From positions 32,001 to 96,000 of the IMG/VR virus record IMGVR_UViG_3300021429_002604: DNA of 64,000 bases. One strand, written 5' to 3'. Made by a program: the position numbers and the translations under genes. The notes below the pieces were generated by a model. That model had not been told where the DNA came from. It saw nothing but the letters and a program-made list of their open reading frames with translations, and did no database searches. The DNA is from a virus. The number at the start of each line of letters is the position of its first letter. Position 1 is the first letter of the stretch. Below are positions 26,815 to 35,492 of the stretch, piece by piece.

Positions 26815-27153
26815 ATGAATCAACAAAACGTAGCAAAAAGAGAAATCTTAGATTATAAACAATTTTTAGGTAAGGTTCATGACGATACCTATAAACCATT
26901 TTCTCCCGAGAATCAAACCCCTCAGCCAGAGAAAACTGGTCTTTCTAAGATAACAAGAGAGCCTGCATATGATTATGCTGGTTACGCAGATTCAGTATTC
27001 GGCCAACAATCTAAAGTTGATGTACCTGGATACAGAATATCCATAGGTAATCAATCAGGAACAGTTGATGCCTCTGGTGCTGCTGGTATTTTTAATATAG
27101 GAAGTGCTAACGAATCGGAGGAATTCGAAATTAAGAAATTGAGCGATTTCTAA
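26815..27153 (+). CDS. Hypothetical protein (putative internal head protein)
   Basis: 112 aa; ILDYKQFL near the N-terminus and IKKLSDF at the C-terminus. Confidence 0.5.
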   Translation: MNQQNVAKREILDYKQFLGKVHDDTYKPFSPENQTPQPEKTGLSKITREPAYDYAGYADSVFGQQSKVDVPGYRISIGNQSGTVDASGAAGIFNIGSANESEEFEIKKLSDF

Positions 27154-27173
27154 ATTGATATATTATTAAAAAG

Positions 27174-27201
27174 AAAAAGAGAGCATCCGCTCTCTTTTTT
27201 T
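27174..27201. terminator. Bidirectional terminator between convergent genes
   Basis: aaaaagagagc-atcc-gctctcttttt with A- and T-runs on both sides. Confidence 0.85.
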
Positions 27202-27925
27202 ATGTTATGGTCTCTATAAATTTTTCTTTTGCCAGTTTATAGATTTCTGAGTTTTCGTCGAAATTCTCGTATATCTCTATAACATGAAGCTCCGGAGATA
27301 TCCTCTTCTCCTTTGAAAATTCATCCAATATCTCATGGTAGATGTATTCGTAGTTTAGTGAGAAAGTTTGATTCTTGAGATAGATCTTCTTGAGTACACA
27401 AATTTCTTTATCTCCCTCCGAAGTTTTGAGTGTGACTGATCCTTGCCAATAATATGATATGATCTTATCCGTGATCATATTTCTAACTATTAGGATTCCT
27501 GAATTGAGTCTCTCCTCTGAACTTGCGTTCAATTTTGATTTAACCTTGAATATACGGATTTTAGATTCCTCTTCCTTTAATATTTCCAGACAAACCTCAG
27601 AGTACCCATACAGAGTCTCCAGTGAGGATTCTATTATATGATTTAATGTTGATCTGTCATCATCCTCAAGATCTTCAAATTTAAATTTTTTGACATATTC
27701 CTTTTCTTCCGACTTAAGTTGTCTTATGATGGATGGGTTGATGACCTTGGTGTCTTTAAATTCGTTTAGTGATTTTATAATCTGTGAAACGGCTCTTAAT
27801 GTGGAATAGCAATTCCCCGAATCCAGGTCTTTGCTTATTGATTTTAGATAATCTAATAAAACGTACTCTTTGTGCTCCGGGTCTATTGGATCTTTTATGA
27901 ACCAAATTGGGCTTATATTCTTCAT
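27200..27925 (-). CDS. Hypothetical protein
   Basis: 241-aa ORF that fills the plus-strand gap and converges on the terminator. Confidence 0.75.
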   Translation of the reverse strand: MKNISPIWFIKDPIDPEHKEYVLLDYLKSISKDLDSGNCYSTLRAVSQIIKSLNEFKDTKVINPSIIRQLKSEEKEYVKKFKFEDLEDDDRSTLNHIIESSLETLYGYSEVCLEILKEEESKIRIFKVKSKLNASSEERLNSGILIVRNMITDKIISYYWQGSVTLKTSEGDKEICVLKKIYLKNQTFSLNYEYIYHEILDEFSKEKRISPELHVIEIYENFDENSEIYKLAKEKFIETIT

Positions 27926-27989
27926 ATTCCGACTTTTTTAAAAAAACATGCTTCTATTATATATTTGAAACATAAAAATGTTACAAAAG

Positions 27990-27997
27990 GATATATA
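27990..27997 (+). promoter_or_regulatory. GATATATA putative late promoter
   Basis: 18 nt before ORF 28016. Confidence 0.65.
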
Positions 27998-28015
27998 GAA
28001 TAAATAAAAAAATAA

Positions 28016-28465
28016 ATGTCAAGAATATACGATTATACTGCATTCTCAGGAAACTCCAGAAAGGGAGGTAATTCCAACGACTATTCATTCGGTATTGATA
28101 TGAAATATGTTGATATTGATATTTTTGGTAAACCCGAGGAATACGAGGAACTTTCCGATTGTAAGGCTTTTATAGAATACTCCGTTGATTTAATTGTGAA
28201 AAGGGGTGGTATAGATAGTCTAATATTCAATGTTAATTCAATAGAATTTGAGTTTTCTGTTGATGATTATCCTAACGGGTCTAAGGAGTTTGATATCGAT
28301 CTGATCCCGGGTAAGACTGTAGATTACAACCAGATAAAAACGGAAGTTCATGATAGTGCTATTCCAACATATCCGGACAAACTAGAGATCAATATGAACA
28401 AATCAACTGACCCTAGAAACTTCGATATTACCGTGTATTTTGGTAACGACGTGAAATATAGATAA
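28016..28465 (+). CDS. Hypothetical protein (late)
   Basis: 149 aa with an A-rich leader; N-terminus MSRIYDYTAF. Confidence 0.7.
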   Translation: MSRIYDYTAFSGNSRKGGNSNDYSFGIDMKYVDIDIFGKPEEYEELSDCKAFIEYSVDLIVKRGGIDSLIFNVNSIEFEFSVDDYPNGSKEFDIDLIPGKTVDYNQIKTEVHDSAIPTYPDKLEINMNKSTDPRNFDITVYFGNDVKYR

Positions 28466-28467
28466 CT

Positions 28468-29424
28468 ATGAGAATTTTAAAATTTAATGAATTTTACATA
28501 AATGAAAGCGAAAGCGAAGTAGTTGCATATGAAGTTCCCGATGTGAAAAACATCATGGATGACGGATATGAGATATCAGCTGAATCTTTTTTAGACACTG
28601 AATCTACACCACCCACCGGTAAAATATTAGTGACAAAGGATGGAGATAACTCGATAACTATATCATTTTGCGATAGATTCGGAAAGATGGATAACCAGCT
28701 AAATATATCAAAGGATTCTGTAAAGATCACTAAAAATTCGGATGATGAATATACCATAAAGGTGGATCCGAATCTTAGATGGCTAAACACCGGAAACAAC
28801 CGTGACAATCTGGAGGATTTTATCGAGGAATTTGTTAATTGTAAAATGGACACTGAAACATATGGTACTAGACTTAAGGACGGTATTAAAGACGATGTAT
28901 ATTTTATAATGGATGCCATGGGGATACCTTGTGAAGTTACTGAATTTCAAAAACTAGAGGACGATAACAAATACGAGGTCACATTGGATAATGGAATGGT
29001 AATAGATGCTAAAAAAAGAACATCGGATGACCTGGTTGGAAATTTTGACATCTACAAGAAGCATTCAGACATATACCCATCAGTTTCTATAAAGAGCGAC
29101 AGTGGAAAGATGCTGTTTACTTTTAAACCTGAAGAAATGGATCCCGTTGAAATAGAATCAAATATTACGGAGATAGGTAAGGACGATTACCTAAATTATC
29201 TTCTTAAAAAATCTCTAGGTGTAGATAGCACCATTGACGAGGAGAGATTATACAATCACTTTGTTAAATCCATAGAGGATCATGGAGAATATTCCGATGA
29301 CGACGGCGATGAAATGCAGGAAAGAGGAAGAGCATCTGCTAAGCGGATAAAGGACCTTAAGAAATTGATATCCTCATTTCTTCCCGAGAGCAAAATACGG
29401 GAGATATATCCAGATAAGAATTAA
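28468..29424 (+). CDS. Acidic putative internal head protein
   Basis: MRILKFNEFYINE N-terminus. Confidence 0.6.
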   Translation: MRILKFNEFYINESESEVVAYEVPDVKNIMDDGYEISAESFLDTESTPPTGKILVTKDGDNSITISFCDRFGKMDNQLNISKDSVKITKNSDDEYTIKVDPNLRWLNTGNNRDNLEDFIEEFVNCKMDTETYGTRLKDGIKDDVYFIMDAMGIPCEVTEFQKLEDDNKYEVTLDNGMVIDAKKRTSDDLVGNFDIYKKHSDIYPSVSIKSDSGKMLFTFKPEEMDPVEIESNITEIGKDDYLNYLLKKSLGVDSTIDEERLYNHFVKSIEDHGEYSDDDGDEMQERGRASAKRIKDLKKLISSFLPESKIREIYPDKN

Positions 29425-29437
29425 ATCGATACGCGAC

Positions 29438-29465
29438 GAAACAAAGACCATCCTAGATTCTACAA
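29438..29465 (+). promoter_or_regulatory. Bipartite promoter motif GAAAC-N17-CTACAA (overlaps the terminator hairpin)
   Basis: Exact spacing as at the other sites. Confidence 0.4.
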
Positions 29466-29480
29466 TTTAGGATGGTTTTT
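29447..29480 (+). terminator. Rho-independent terminator
   Basis: accatcctagatt-ctac-aatttaggatggt then tttt (one G-U pair). Confidence 0.75.
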
Positions 29481-29515
29481 AATGTGGGGTGCTGTCAAGT
29501 TTTTTAGTAAAACCA

Positions 29516-29543
29516 GAAACAATCCACTTTAAAAAATGTAAAA
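29516..29543 (+). promoter_or_regulatory. Bipartite promoter motif GAAAC-N17-GTAAAA
   Basis: Directly upstream of ORF 29553. Confidence 0.55.
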
Positions 29544-29552
29544 TATATAAAG

Positions 29553-30221
29553 ATGCGTGATCTGATTGCTCTTTTATTTGGTAAAAACAAAAAAAGTAAA
29601 AAAATGGATATAACAGAAAAGAATCTGGATGAAGCTAGAGCTATGTATGCAGGTATGGACTTTCAATGGATTAAGGGTGACGATGCCCTTTCTATCGAGA
29701 CCTTTAAATCGATGAGTTTAAATGGTGAGACTGCCTTTATAGAATTCACTAGCGGGAAGAGAATCAACCTTGATCTCTTGGAGGAGTTCATGACATATTT
29801 CCCCTCACAACCCAAAGCTCCCGCACCGGTAGCAATTGAAACTGTGACCCATCAGGAGCCAAGAGTTTCCAGAGTTACTGAAGTTGTTTATCAGGATCAT
29901 TCATCGGGAATGGCTGATGTTGACTCACCGATATATAAGCTACTAAGAAAGCAAAAGAAGAACATCGTGGAAGTTTCGATTAAGATGAAGCTTAATCTTC
30001 CTCCCAAGGAACTTTATGGGGTTCTTTCCACTTCTTTCGAGGATGCCGATAATGAGATTATAAATTTTGTTTTGGATGGTGTTGACATTGACGATATTAA
30101 AGCGTCACTGGCAGAGTCCATTAAAAAATCATACTACTCAATCGGTAGCAAACAGGAACTAGAAAAAACTGTAAGCACTAAATCAAACAGAAAAAATTCT
30201 ACAAGTAGCCATGAAGAATAA
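29553..30221 (+). CDS. Hypothetical protein
   Basis: 222-aa ORF; the true start may be the second Met (MDITEK). Confidence 0.7.
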   Translation: MRDLIALLFGKNKKSKKMDITEKNLDEARAMYAGMDFQWIKGDDALSIETFKSMSLNGETAFIEFTSGKRINLDLLEEFMTYFPSQPKAPAPVAIETVTHQEPRVSRVTEVVYQDHSSGMADVDSPIYKLLRKQKKNIVEVSIKMKLNLPPKELYGVLSTSFEDADNEIINFVLDGVDIDDIKASLAESIKKSYYSIGSKQELEKTVSTKSNRKNSTSSHEE

Positions 30222-30795
30222 GGAAAAAGTTTTATTAAATACCCCAAAATTTAATGTGGTCGAGAGAGGCAATAAGGCAGGTATAGTTTCAAGTGTTGAA
30301 ACCGTTATGCTTCTCCCTTTCATAGCCGATGATAATGGACTACCTTTAATGTTGGGAGTTCTGAAAGAAAGAAATCTTTTCAGGGAAGGCGGATATTGTC
30401 TAAGCCTAATCACGGGAACGTGCGAGGAGGAAGACCCAGATTATCTACAAACCGCAAAAAGGGAGCTGAAGGAGGAATCTGGGTATGACGTTCCTGATAA
30501 TACTAAGTGGTATTTTTTAGGAACAGTTACAGCTACCAAGTTTGTTGAAAAAGAATATCCATGCTTTGCTATTGATGTTACCGGTATCGAGAAGGGCGAA
30601 CCTGAAACCGACGGGTCTGAACAGGAGGCATTATCATCTTTTCATTTTATACCCGCTAATGACGTTGTTAAATCCAAGGATGTTTTTATACCTGCTCTTT
30701 TTCTTAAACTTTTTAAGTTTGTTGTTGGTATGGATCTTTATAACAGAGACGATTCTGTTTTCTCTAAAACCAAAGGATTTACAGCAGATATCTAA
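30211..30795 (+). CDS. Nudix hydrolase
   Basis: Nudix box GTCEEEDPDYLQTAKRELKEESG. Confidence 0.88.
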   Translation: MKNKEKVLLNTPKFNVVERGNKAGIVSSVETVMLLPFIADDNGLPLMLGVLKERNLFREGGYCLSLITGTCEEEDPDYLQTAKRELKEESGYDVPDNTKWYFLGTVTATKFVEKEYPCFAIDVTGIEKGEPETDGSEQEALSSFHFIPANDVVKSKDVFIPALFLKLFKFVVGMDLYNRDDSVFSKTKGFTADI

Positions 30796-30807
30796 TATTT
30801 TTATTTT

Positions 30808-31107
30808 ATGAGTAACAGAAGAGAAAGAAGGCAGATTTTAAAAAAAATGGGGTTGCTTAGCGAGACCAAAATGAATGGGGCTTCATTAGGAGATTCCATC
30901 GAAATGGGAAGAAATAAGCATCGTCAGCATCTACAAAGAGTAAAAAATGATCTAATTAAGCAGGAGAAGGAAAGATCAGGCCAGGAACAAGATACAAATG
31001 AAGTTTTTTACTACAGAAACCAGTCAAACGAGTATTCTTCATTGCAATCTCTCCTGCTGAATAGAAATTGGAAAAACTTCGAATCTAACGAAGACAATGC
31101 AGAGTAA
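30808..31107 (+). CDS. Small basic hypothetical protein
   Basis: 99 aa starting MSNRRERRQ; operon packing. Confidence 0.6.
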   Translation: MSNRRERRQILKKMGLLSETKMNGASLGDSIEMGRNKHRQHLQRVKNDLIKQEKERSGQEQDTNEVFYYRNQSNEYSSLQSLLLNRNWKNFESNEDNAE

Positions 31108-31426
31108 GACTAAAATAAACTTCCACATATCGAGATACTCTCCGAAAGAAGCCAAAAAAAGAGCAATTGACGGGTGTGACTTCTATGTGGTCGACATCTC
31201 CAAAATTATAAGAGAATTGGGATATGAAACGGAGAACCTCTCAGATGAATCCGAATTTATAATAAACTACACTATTCGCAAGAAAATCCTACAAGGAATA
31301 TATAGTACAAAGTGTGACGGTATACTTGTGTGCTATAAGAGTCTATCCCAGGACTTTCTCGAAAATCTCGAAAATTTCTTGGAAGAACACTCGGAGGAAT
31401 TTGAGTATGCCATTCACAGTCTTTAA
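31097..31426 (+). CDS. Hypothetical protein
   Basis: 109 aa; overlaps the previous gene by 11 nt. Confidence 0.55.
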   Translation: MQSKTKINFHISRYSPKEAKKRAIDGCDFYVVDISKIIRELGYETENLSDESEFIINYTIRKKILQGIYSTKCDGILVCYKSLSQDFLENLENFLEEHSEEFEYAIHSL

Positions 31427-31445
31427 AAAAAAGATTGAATGGTAA

Positions 31446-33293
31446 ATGCCAAGTAACGGACCTAGTCAACAAGAGCTTCTCTTAAAACAGAACACATCCG
31501 ATGTTGTAAATCGTAACAGTAACCTTGGATCTAATAATCCTTTTAAAGGTCCCACTGCGAGAAGCCTTTTCTATGAAGGTGCTAAAAGAAATCCTAGTAA
31601 ATATGGACAGTACCTGTTCTATTCTCTGGGTAAGAACGACAACAACTTCGTTGACTCTTATTATAAATCAGAAAACGCTGACAATAATAGAAAAGTATCA
31701 TCTCTAAAATCTAAAAATCCTTCCGCTGGATATCTGGTGAGAGAAACAGCCGATCTTGAGGCTGTTAGCTCAGAAGCCGGACAGAGAATAGGAGGATTAG
31801 TTTCTAGCTTTGAAAAAAATATAATAGGGGGAATAGCAGCACCTTATTACTGGAAAGATTTTCTATATTGTAAATATTACGGTGCTATACCAAATAATTA
31901 CATGATCACCCTTAGGAGATTTCCTACACCCGTACTCGACAATCTTAGCGTACCCGATTCCATTAAAAGCACAGAAGCATATAGAACAGAAGGTGTGGGT
32001 AGACCCGTTGCACAGGCTGTAACTTGGTTTGGTGGAAATACTAATAACACACTTAGCTCACTGATTGAATTTACTACCGGGTTAGAATGGACCAACCGCT
32101 CTCAAAGTGATGTAATAGAGCAAGAGGCATTCTCCAAGGGATTCTTCAATGATTTGCCCTACCAGTGGTTTTCCCAAGCTGCTAGAGCAGCTAGTGGTAC
32201 TGATGCTATAGGAAATGGTATAGCTTCCGTTGGGGAAGCCACCACCATCGGATTCGATCCAAATAATACATCTGTGGAGAACGCGAGATTTAGAGGATTA
32301 AGGGATAGAGCTAAAGATGGAACGATGGGGTTATTGAGCGAGTATCAATGGGTTCCGATGGATGTTGTTAAGGATACACAGGTGAGAACATCGGGTCTTA
32401 ATTTTACATGGGGTACTCTAAATGTTGTTTTTGAATATGATCTGACCTCTGTTGGTGAGATTAATACAAAGGCAGCTATGCTGGATTTGATGGGAAATCT
32501 TCTCTCCATAGGTACCAATTATGGTAATTTTTTAACCCCTGATGTTAGATACCAATCAAACTTCGCTGGTATCGGATTTCCTGGAGGCGATGAAGGACTT
32601 AAGCTTTTTTATAAGGATCCTCTTTCATTTCTTCTTTCTTACGGGGATAAAATAGTTAATCCAAAGGGAGAGGCTGTCAAATCAGCGGAGGATGCTCAAA
32701 TTTCAGGTCAAATAAATCCAGCTGATGCTACAGGCGGAAATGACTCAGAGATGGCAGACCTAAAGGCACAACTATCCAAAATCACTGAGGATGGTATAAG
32801 TATGGATAAAATTAAGGAGCTTGCTAAAAAATTTCCAGCAGCTTTTGGTAGAATACTTCAAGCCACAGTTACCCCAGGATTTATGGAAAAATACCAAGCA
32901 TCAGCAAGTTTATTAACAGGAGCACCGATCGGAGAATGGCATTTGACCATAGGTAACCCCTGCAATCCAATTGCAATGATAGGTAATTTGATCTGCAAGA
33001 ATGTAAAAATAGCCTTTGGTGATGTTTTAGGGCCTGATGATTTTCCAACAACTCTAAAAGCTACATTTGATTTGGAACACGCTAGAGGAAGAGAAAGGGG
33101 AGAAATCGAAAGCATATTTAACCGCGGAGACGGTAGACTTTACATGTCAACTCTAAGCACATCTGCTAGCGAGCAATCATGGAACGCATTTACAAACACC
33201 AACGGTGAGTTATTAAGTGAGCAGTTTAAGAAGAAAGAATTAAATATGAGTCAAACCAGCGGTCTCGATGATTCGAAGGCGCCTGGTCAATAA
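31446..33293 (+). CDS. Baseplate/tail-tube-associated protein (gp48/gp54-like candidate)
   Basis: First gene of the hub cluster; beta-rich C-terminal part (WHLTIGNP..PI..IGNLI...V.I.F...LGPDDFPT). Confidence 0.45.
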   Translation: MPSNGPSQQELLLKQNTSDVVNRNSNLGSNNPFKGPTARSLFYEGAKRNPSKYGQYLFYSLGKNDNNFVDSYYKSENADNNRKVSSLKSKNPSAGYLVRETADLEAVSSEAGQRIGGLVSSFEKNIIGGIAAPYYWKDFLYCKYYGAIPNNYMITLRRFPTPVLDNLSVPDSIKSTEAYRTEGVGRPVAQAVTWFGGNTNNTLSSLIEFTTGLEWTNRSQSDVIEQEAFSKGFFNDLPYQWFSQAARAASGTDAIGNGIASVGEATTIGFDPNNTSVENARFRGLRDRAKDGTMGLLSEYQWVPMDVVKDTQVRTSGLNFTWGTLNVVFEYDLTSVGEINTKAAMLDLMGNLLSIGTNYGNFLTPDVRYQSNFAGIGFPGGDEGLKLFYKDPLSFLLSYGDKIVNPKGEAVKSAEDAQISGQINPADATGGNDSEMADLKAQLSKITEDGISMDKIKELAKKFPAAFGRILQATVTPGFMEKYQASASLLTGAPIGEWHLTIGNPCNPIAMIGNLICKNVKIAFGDVLGPDDFPTTLKATFDLEHARGRERGEIESIFNRGDGRLYMSTLSTSASEQSWNAFTNTNGELLSEQFKKKELNMSQTSGLDDSKAPGQ

Positions 33294-33305
33294 TAATATA
33301 TTATC

Positions 33306-33899
33306 ATGGGTTATTTTAAAATAGACACATTAGTCAAAAATAAATCGGTATTTAATCCGTCAACATCACTAGAAAATACTAGTAGCTATGGTATATGGGA
33401 TTTGACAAAAGCATCGGTTTCCTACAATAACACGAATGTCGAGGTCGGTAGTATGTTTATAGTGACTGAATTTTACCAGATGAGACCTGACTTGATTGCT
33501 GCAATAAAATTGGGTGACCACGCTAGTGTAGGATCTCTTTTGAAAATAAATAACATCAGTAATCCGTTCGCCCTCAAGGAGGGAAACGTCTTAGCTATCC
33601 CAACTCCAACCACGATAGAAAAAACTTTTAACAATAAGAAATCACTGAATCAAGCACAGGCTTCATCCAATACCAATACGAATCCAAATCAGGTGTTTAG
33701 AAAAAATCAAGAGCAAAAGAAATTTAAAGTTAGTGAAGGGAGAAAGAAATTTCTAGAATCTAAAATTAAAAATCAACCGGCTATGGTGCTACCACCTAAC
33801 GTTGCACAACCAAATGATAAATCTATTGCTAAAAAAGATGGCTTCCTTATATTTGCACCTAGTGCTGGTGGTGGTGGATTTAATAAACCGGTAAACTAA
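33306..33899 (+). CDS. LysM-like baseplate wedge protein (gp53/tail X-like)
   Basis: RPDLIAAIKLG....LLKINNISNPFALKEG.VL.IP. Confidence 0.7.
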   Translation: MGYFKIDTLVKNKSVFNPSTSLENTSSYGIWDLTKASVSYNNTNVEVGSMFIVTEFYQMRPDLIAAIKLGDHASVGSLLKINNISNPFALKEGNVLAIPTPTTIEKTFNNKKSLNQAQASSNTNTNPNQVFRKNQEQKKFKVSEGRKKFLESKIKNQPAMVLPPNVAQPNDKSIAKKDGFLIFAPSAGGGGFNKPVN

Positions 33900-33900
33900 G

Positions 33901-35457
33901 ATGACTTCGGATGATATAAAATTAGGTGCTCTCGCCTTAAATAATATGAAGCTCGACGAGCTTCTTAAAATAGATTCATCTAACGGGTCGGATGATATTC
34001 AGACCAAAAGAAGGATGGGGGCTAACTCTGAAGCTGCAACTGGAGTAGTTTCCCCTTATATTTCTATCAACGGATATAACATCACTAATTTTCTGATCAA
34101 CTTCCATTTGGACCTAAGCGGATTTTTACCAGCCGTTACATTTTCATTTAGTGCTGCCGAAACTGTTTTTATTTCGGTTAATTATCCAAAAGATGGAGAT
34201 ATAGTTTCTATATACATGAGAGCTCCTGGTGATTTTTATAAGCCATTCCGAATGGATTTCCGAATTCTTTCCGTTGATGGAGGCTTATCTAGCAGATATT
34301 CTGATAGTGGATCCGATCCAAACGGGTCATTTTTTAAATTCATGATAATTGCTGAGTGCAATGTACCCGGATTATATACACAAAGAATAAAGTCTTTTAA
34401 ATCGATGCCTTCCAGTGATGTGTTACTTGAAGTTTCGCAAGATATAAATCTGGGATTTTCGACGAATGAAAAGGCAACCGAGGATGCCATGACATGGATT
34501 TGTCCTAACTATTCGTATTATGATTTTATCCAGGAGGTGACGTCAAGATCTTATAAAGATGACGAATCTAGCTTTTATGATTGTTGGGTTGATGGCTATT
34601 ATAATCTGAATTTTGTTAATCTAGGAAACCAATTCTCCTTCGATAGTGATCCCAAGCAAGAAATAACTATCATACCCGGATATACCAATCTGGGATTAAA
34701 AATGGATACCGCTATACCAGGTACACCTACTGCTGATCCAATTAGCTTACCCCTTGTTTTAACGAATGCAGTTGGTGCGGGAATAAATCCATTTATGATA
34801 AATGGTTACACATTAACTTCTAGAGCTGGTAATAACACTAATAACATGGGCTACATTACAACCATCGGGTTTTACGATGAAGCACTTGAAGCTAAGGAAG
34901 AACCAACTAAGAAGTACATTAAATACGAGATTGAGTCATTAACATCAGAACATGTCCCTGTTGGTGGTATATTACAGAAGGGTAGAGCCAGAGGAAATGA
35001 ATACAAGGAAGAAACGAGAAGAGAATGGCTGGGCGTATTAAATACCGATCCTAATACAGGTGAGGGGGTTCATAAAAACTTTTACCATGCTAGATATCAG
35101 AATCTGATCAACATAAACGATGTTACCAAGATGACCCTGGAGGTTGAGCTTATGGGATATTTTCCAGGCATATACAGAGGCCAGGTGATACCGGTTGTTA
35201 TCTATGTTTTTGATGCTGGTACCAGACAGCAAAACGTTGGACAAGAAGCCAATAAAGCACAAAATACAGACCAAGTACCAACTAAAGACGAGTTATTATC
35301 GGGTCTATATGTTGTCATGGGTATGGAAGTTTCCTGGACGGAAACATCAGGAGGTATGAGACAAAAGCTCATATTATCCAAAAGAACTTGGGTGGCTAAC
35401 GCATCTGGTGCTATACCAAAAGCTTTCCCTATATCGGTACAAACTAGACAATTTTAA
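33901..35457 (+). CDS. Baseplate hub protein (gp27-like)
   Basis: Lies between the LysM-like and spike genes; C-terminal G....RGQVIPV...LSGLYVVMGME..W. Confidence 0.6.
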   Translation: MTSDDIKLGALALNNMKLDELLKIDSSNGSDDIQTKRRMGANSEAATGVVSPYISINGYNITNFLINFHLDLSGFLPAVTFSFSAAETVFISVNYPKDGDIVSIYMRAPGDFYKPFRMDFRILSVDGGLSSRYSDSGSDPNGSFFKFMIIAECNVPGLYTQRIKSFKSMPSSDVLLEVSQDINLGFSTNEKATEDAMTWICPNYSYYDFIQEVTSRSYKDDESSFYDCWVDGYYNLNFVNLGNQFSFDSDPKQEITIIPGYTNLGLKMDTAIPGTPTADPISLPLVLTNAVGAGINPFMINGYTLTSRAGNNTNNMGYITTIGFYDEALEAKEEPTKKYIKYEIESLTSEHVPVGGILQKGRARGNEYKEETRREWLGVLNTDPNTGEGVHKNFYHARYQNLININDVTKMTLEVELMGYFPGIYRGQVIPVVIYVFDAGTRQQNVGQEANKAQNTDQVPTKDELLSGLYVVMGMEVSWTETSGGMRQKLILSKRTWVANASGAIPKAFPISVQTRQF

Positions 35458-35463
35458 ATGTCG

Positions 35464-35471
35464 GATAAATA
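35464..35471 (+). promoter_or_regulatory. GATAAATA late promoter variant
   Basis: Intergenic, 21 nt before ORF 35493; close to the T4 late consensus TATAAATA. Confidence 0.55.
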
Positions 35472-35492
35472 TAAGAAATAATAAAACTTTAG

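Noticed and set aside
27960-27967. TATATTTG as a sigmaA promoter for ORF 28016
   Set aside because: It overlaps an AATATATA variant on the minus strand serving the divergent gene, and ORF 28016 already has a late motif; ambiguous.
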